A stretch of 46,610 nt of DNA. It comes from a virus. Its lineage: Duplodnaviria; Caudoviricetes. Made by a program: the position numbers and the translations under genes. Each line of letters opens with the position of its first letter. Within the stretch, counting starts at the first letter, position 1. The notes beneath the pieces are model-generated. The model saw nothing but the letters and a program-made list of their open reading frames with translations, did no database searches and was not told the DNA's origin. The stretch spans positions 1 through 46,610 of IMG/VR virus record IMGVR_UViG_3300049172_000060. One strand, written 5' to 3'. Shown here piece after piece: positions 43,867-46,610 of this stretch.

Positions 43867-44926
43867 CGTCCAATGACCCGAAGTCGATACCATCCATGAG
43901 GTCTGCCAAATCGGTTTTGGCTAGCACCTTATCCGCCTTACGCTTCGCTTCATCCGTCATGGCAATAGGAATCGCGTTGCGACGGAACATGAGCGGCTCA
44001 CCCTTATCGACACCATTTTTGGAGGTTAGATGTGAAACGAAGGCTCCACCATTAGCGGAAAAGCGAGCCTTACAATTGATGATATGGACCTTCTTTTCGA
44101 CTTCCCTTTGATCAAGGCCTCGCTTAATAACATCTTTCCTTTGGGCATCGTCTTCGACCATGATGATAATGGTTGAAGCGCTTTGAGCTACGCCCGAATG
44201 CCCGAAAAGTTCATTAAGAGTGATTTCAGCTGGATTACTAGCAATTCCAGCTGGCGGCTTTCGAGTGTGCGCTACAATGACCTGAGCCCAATTATATTTA
44301 GCCCTGACCATTCGAAGGAAATCAAGACTCTTGTTCACCTGAGCCTGATTGTTCATCTCTTCGCCAAATGAAACTGAGGCTGAGTCGATCAGTTGAATTT
44401 GAGCGCCACTCGCTTGAACGGTTCGAATGAATTCAAGCTGATGGGTTGACTCCCAAAGCTTGAACGGTGCAGGCTCCGAATAAGTAATAAACCTCTCCGA
44501 GAAAACTTTCTTCTCGTCGTCGTTCAAATTGGGGTACATATGGCGGAGCCGCTCGCCCAGCTCTAGCTCATTCATTTCAAGCGAGAACATGAGGGCTTTC
44601 ATGTCCTCCGTGGCGGATTCACCCAGCGCCCACGTCATGCATGGGCGTCCCAAAATGATGTCAGCTACTAGCTGAATTGCGAGAATTGTTTTACCAGTTC
44701 CCGAAAGTCCGCCAAAGTAAATCAGGCCGCTATCAGGCAAGATATCCTGAACGATATACGATAGCTTTGTGTCATTCTCCATGACGTCCAAAGCATTTGA
44801 TAGGCGCCTTGAACTTGCAATCTTTTCAGCAATTGAATTTTCTGTGGGTGCTGTTGCCTGTTTCGGAATAAATGCTCTACCAAACTCACTTTCGTCATCG
44901 CCGTCATCCGGCCCTACAGACCCCAT
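43856..44926 (-). CDS. RecA/DnaB-like (AAA_25, RepA-type) replicative helicase
   Basis: GLSGTGKT, FSLEM, LIDS, VAHTRK, ELFGHS, KARF; start MGSVG after GAGGAG. Confidence 0.85.
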   Translation of the reverse strand: MGSVGPDDGDDESEFGRAFIPKQATAPTENSIAEKIASSRRLSNALDVMENDTKLSYIVQDILPDSGLIYFGGLSGTGKTILAIQLVADIILGRPCMTWALGESATEDMKALMFSLEMNELELGERLRHMYPNLNDDEKKVFSERFITYSEPAPFKLWESTHQLEFIRTVQASGAQIQLIDSASVSFGEEMNNQAQVNKSLDFLRMVRAKYNWAQVIVAHTRKPPAGIASNPAEITLNELFGHSGVAQSASTIIIMVEDDAQRKDVIKRGLDQREVEKKVHIINCKARFSANGGAFVSHLTSKNGVDKGEPLMFRRNAIPIAMTDEAKRKADKVLAKTDLADLMDGIDFGSLDDDD

Positions 44927-44978
44927 TTGAAACTCCTCAACCAAACCAGGTCCTTTCTTAGTCCGCAGGGCTGAGCTG

Positions 44979-45027
44979 AAAAGAAACCCCCCAGGAGGCA
45001 AGGGCCGACTTGTTTACTCCTGGGGGG
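44979..45027 (-). terminator. intrinsic terminator or attenuator upstream of the helicase
   Basis: CCCCCCAGGAG...CTCCTGGGGGG followed by TTTCTTTT. Confidence 0.7.
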
Positions 45028-45049
45028 CGACTTTAGGGCTCAGGCCAGA

Positions 45050-45340
45050 TTAGATCAGATTGACTTCAGCCTGAAGCGCATTTTCACCATCAATTGAAAC
45101 CGTGACGGTTCCCGAAATTGTTGCCTTGCCGAGGAGCTCCTCAATGATTTCCTGCTTCTGCTCGTCCGTGATCTGAGACTTCGACTCGGCCTCATCTGCA
45201 ATGTTCGTGTTGAACGATCCCTCAACGTGATCATCGTCCATGTCCTGAACAACTTCAGCAAGCGCAGAATTCAGGTTGTCCAGCTCATTCTCAGACCAGG
45301 GAGCGTCAGACTTGAAGCTGAAAGTAATGATGTTCGCCAT
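45050..45340 (-). CDS. hypothetical acidic protein
   Basis: 96 aa, RBS AAGGA. Confidence 0.7.
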   Translation of the reverse strand: MANIITFSFKSDAPWSENELDNLNSALAEVVQDMDDDHVEGSFNTNIADEAESKSQITDEQKQEIIEELLGKATISGTVTVSIDGENALQAEVNLI

Positions 45341-45385
45341 TTGATTTTGTCCTTACGTCTCTGCGTCGATTGATTTGAGAGGGGC

Positions 45386-45426
45386 GGGGCGAGGGAAGCT
45401 CCGGGGGTTTGAACTTCCCTCGCCCC
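45386..45426. other. perfect 13-bp intergenic hairpin
   Basis: GGGGCGAGGGAAG/CTTCCCTCGCCCC. Confidence 0.5.
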
Positions 45427-45448
45427 TATTCAGTTGGCTTTGTTTTGA

Positions 45449-46045
45449 CTAGCCGAGCTCGCGCTCAAGCTCTTCCTTTGCGAGCTGCTCAGCAGTCTTC
45501 CCGCCATTCGAATTGCTCGAACCAGACGGAGTGAATTCGTCCGCACCATCCGAATTCGGCTCGTACGGCTTGTGACCGAAGATGTTGAACTGCCAGAAAC
45601 CTTCAGGCGTCTTCTTTGCCTTGATCTTCGCAAGACAAATCTTGTGCACCAGATCGGAAGGCTTAACACCCCTCATCTGGTCCTTTGAAAAGCCCAGGGC
45701 CAGGTACAGATCGCGAAGGTCAATCAGAACCTGCTTATCCTTCGGCTCATTCTCCGGGTCCCAAGGAATCTGACCCTGAAGTGCCTTCGGAACCGGCAGG
45801 CGCGTCCAATTGCCGTTGCCGAGCTTTTCCGAAACCGGGTGGCCATCGTACTTCGGGTGCTCAACAGCCCACTTGACCATCATGCCAATCTTATCCTTAT
45901 TGGCAGTCACCTTCGGCGGACCAACTTCAATGACACGGATCGGCCAGAAGTTATTTCCGAAGTCGAACGAATCGTCCGGGATGTTGTTGAGGTCAACACC
46001 AGCGTCATCAAAGATGCCGCCCTCGAACTCAATCTCGTCACTCAT
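45449..46045 (-). CDS. putative single-stranded DNA-binding protein
   Basis: follows the Sak4-like ATPase; OB-fold-like core with acidic termini. Confidence 0.55.
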   Translation of the reverse strand: MSDEIEFEGGIFDDAGVDLNNIPDDSFDFGNNFWPIRVIEVGPPKVTANKDKIGMMVKWAVEHPKYDGHPVSEKLGNGNWTRLPVPKALQGQIPWDPENEPKDKQVLIDLRDLYLALGFSKDQMRGVKPSDLVHKICLAKIKAKKTPEGFWQFNIFGHKPYEPNSDGADEFTPSGSSNSNGGKTAEQLAKEELERELG

Positions 46046-46610
46046 GCGTCAGTCTTACCTTTCTTCCATGCTTCAATGTGCTTCACGAATTCATCGTCCG
46101 AAACGAATACATCCGGGAAGTGGTACCGAGTCTTCACGGCAACACCATTGCCATTTGGCATTACCTGAAGTACACGCTTATTCGGGCCGTCCATCTTCAA
46201 ATACGCCATCACTGAAACGTACTTGTTAATTTCCTTGAAAGCTGCTGCATGTGCATCAGCTCTCGTATTTGCACCGGGCGTGAGCTTATCCCCAATCCTC
46301 TGATGCGACAACATCACGACACTGCACCTTTCAAGGTTTGCAATGTCGGTGAGAATTGGCCTTATGCGCCCCTCAGACACAAGGTAATCGGGGCGACCGG
46401 CAACCTCGGCCGAGACTTTGCCTTTTTCGGTTGCCGCTCCGCTCTTTACAATCTCCTGGAGTTCATCACCAATCATTCCTGAAATGGTGTCCAAGACAAT
46501 TGTATCGAAGCGTTCGCCATCGTAATGGACGAACTTGCCCTCTTCGATAAGCGGAATCATTCTCCGTGTCCAATCCCAGTTTTTAAACGGGATCACACGG
46601 ACGTTTTTTT
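46042..46610 (-). CDS. AAA ATPase (Sak4/AAA_24-like), C-terminal part (starts at 341 across the junction)
   Basis: FDTIVLDTIS Walker B, PDY, VVMLSH, VKTR. Confidence 0.8.
   Translation of the reverse strand, partial: KNVRVIPFKNWDWTRRMIPLIEEGKFVHYDGERFDTIVLDTISGMIGDELQEIVKSGAATEKGKVSAEVAGRPDYLVSEGRIRPILTDIANLERCSVVMLSHQRIGDKLTPGANTRADAHAAAFKEINKYVSVMAYLKMDGPNKRVLQVMPNGNGVAVKTRYHFPDVFVSDDEFVKHIEAWKKGKTDA
46484..46610. repeat. 127-bp terminal direct repeat (copy of 1-127)
   Basis: exact match to the window start. Confidence 0.95.

Noticed and set aside
46484-46610. Terminal repeat as a biological direct terminal repeat
   Set aside because: It is exactly 127 bp (a common assembler k-mer) and lies mid-gene, so it is most likely an assembly overlap.
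1-46610. Stop-codon reassignment, retron or diversity-generating retroelement
   Set aside because: TAA, TAG and TGA all terminate well-formed genes, and no reverse transcriptase motif or TR/VR repeat pair was seen.

Overview
This window is an apparently complete dsDNA phage genome: bases 1-127 repeat exactly at 46484-46610, giving a circularised unit of about 46,483 bp. A WhiB-family regulator and an amidase-LysM endolysin point to an actinobacterial host (inference). The virion module looks podovirus-like, with a large portal, adaptor/nozzle and internal proteins and no tape measure. The minus-strand arm (about 17.3 kb back to 1, continuing 46.6 to 43.0 kb) carries early genes: SNF2 helicase, Cas4/RecB-like nuclease, Sak4-like ATPase, SSB-like protein, RecA/DnaB-like helicase, RuvC-like resolvase, an orphan Phd antitoxin and many small proteins. 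The plus-strand arm (17.36-42.9 kb) carries packaging, lysis and structural genes. I see no DNA polymerase, primase, integrase, reverse transcriptase or CRISPR array. The most striking unexplained signal is a rich set of candidate structured RNAs in the early arm. These include a 52-nt D-armless tRNA-like RNA with the full alanine identity set (G3:U70, A73), a 112-nt tmRNA-TLD-like RNA without an mRNA domain, a 227-nt T-arm-capped RNA, two 400-nt hairpin-dense clusters and a 136-nt rod. At least six intergenic hairpins share a G-UGGC-C apical loop on the sense strand. All protein calls come from motifs recognised by eye and all folds were paired by hand; no database searches were run.
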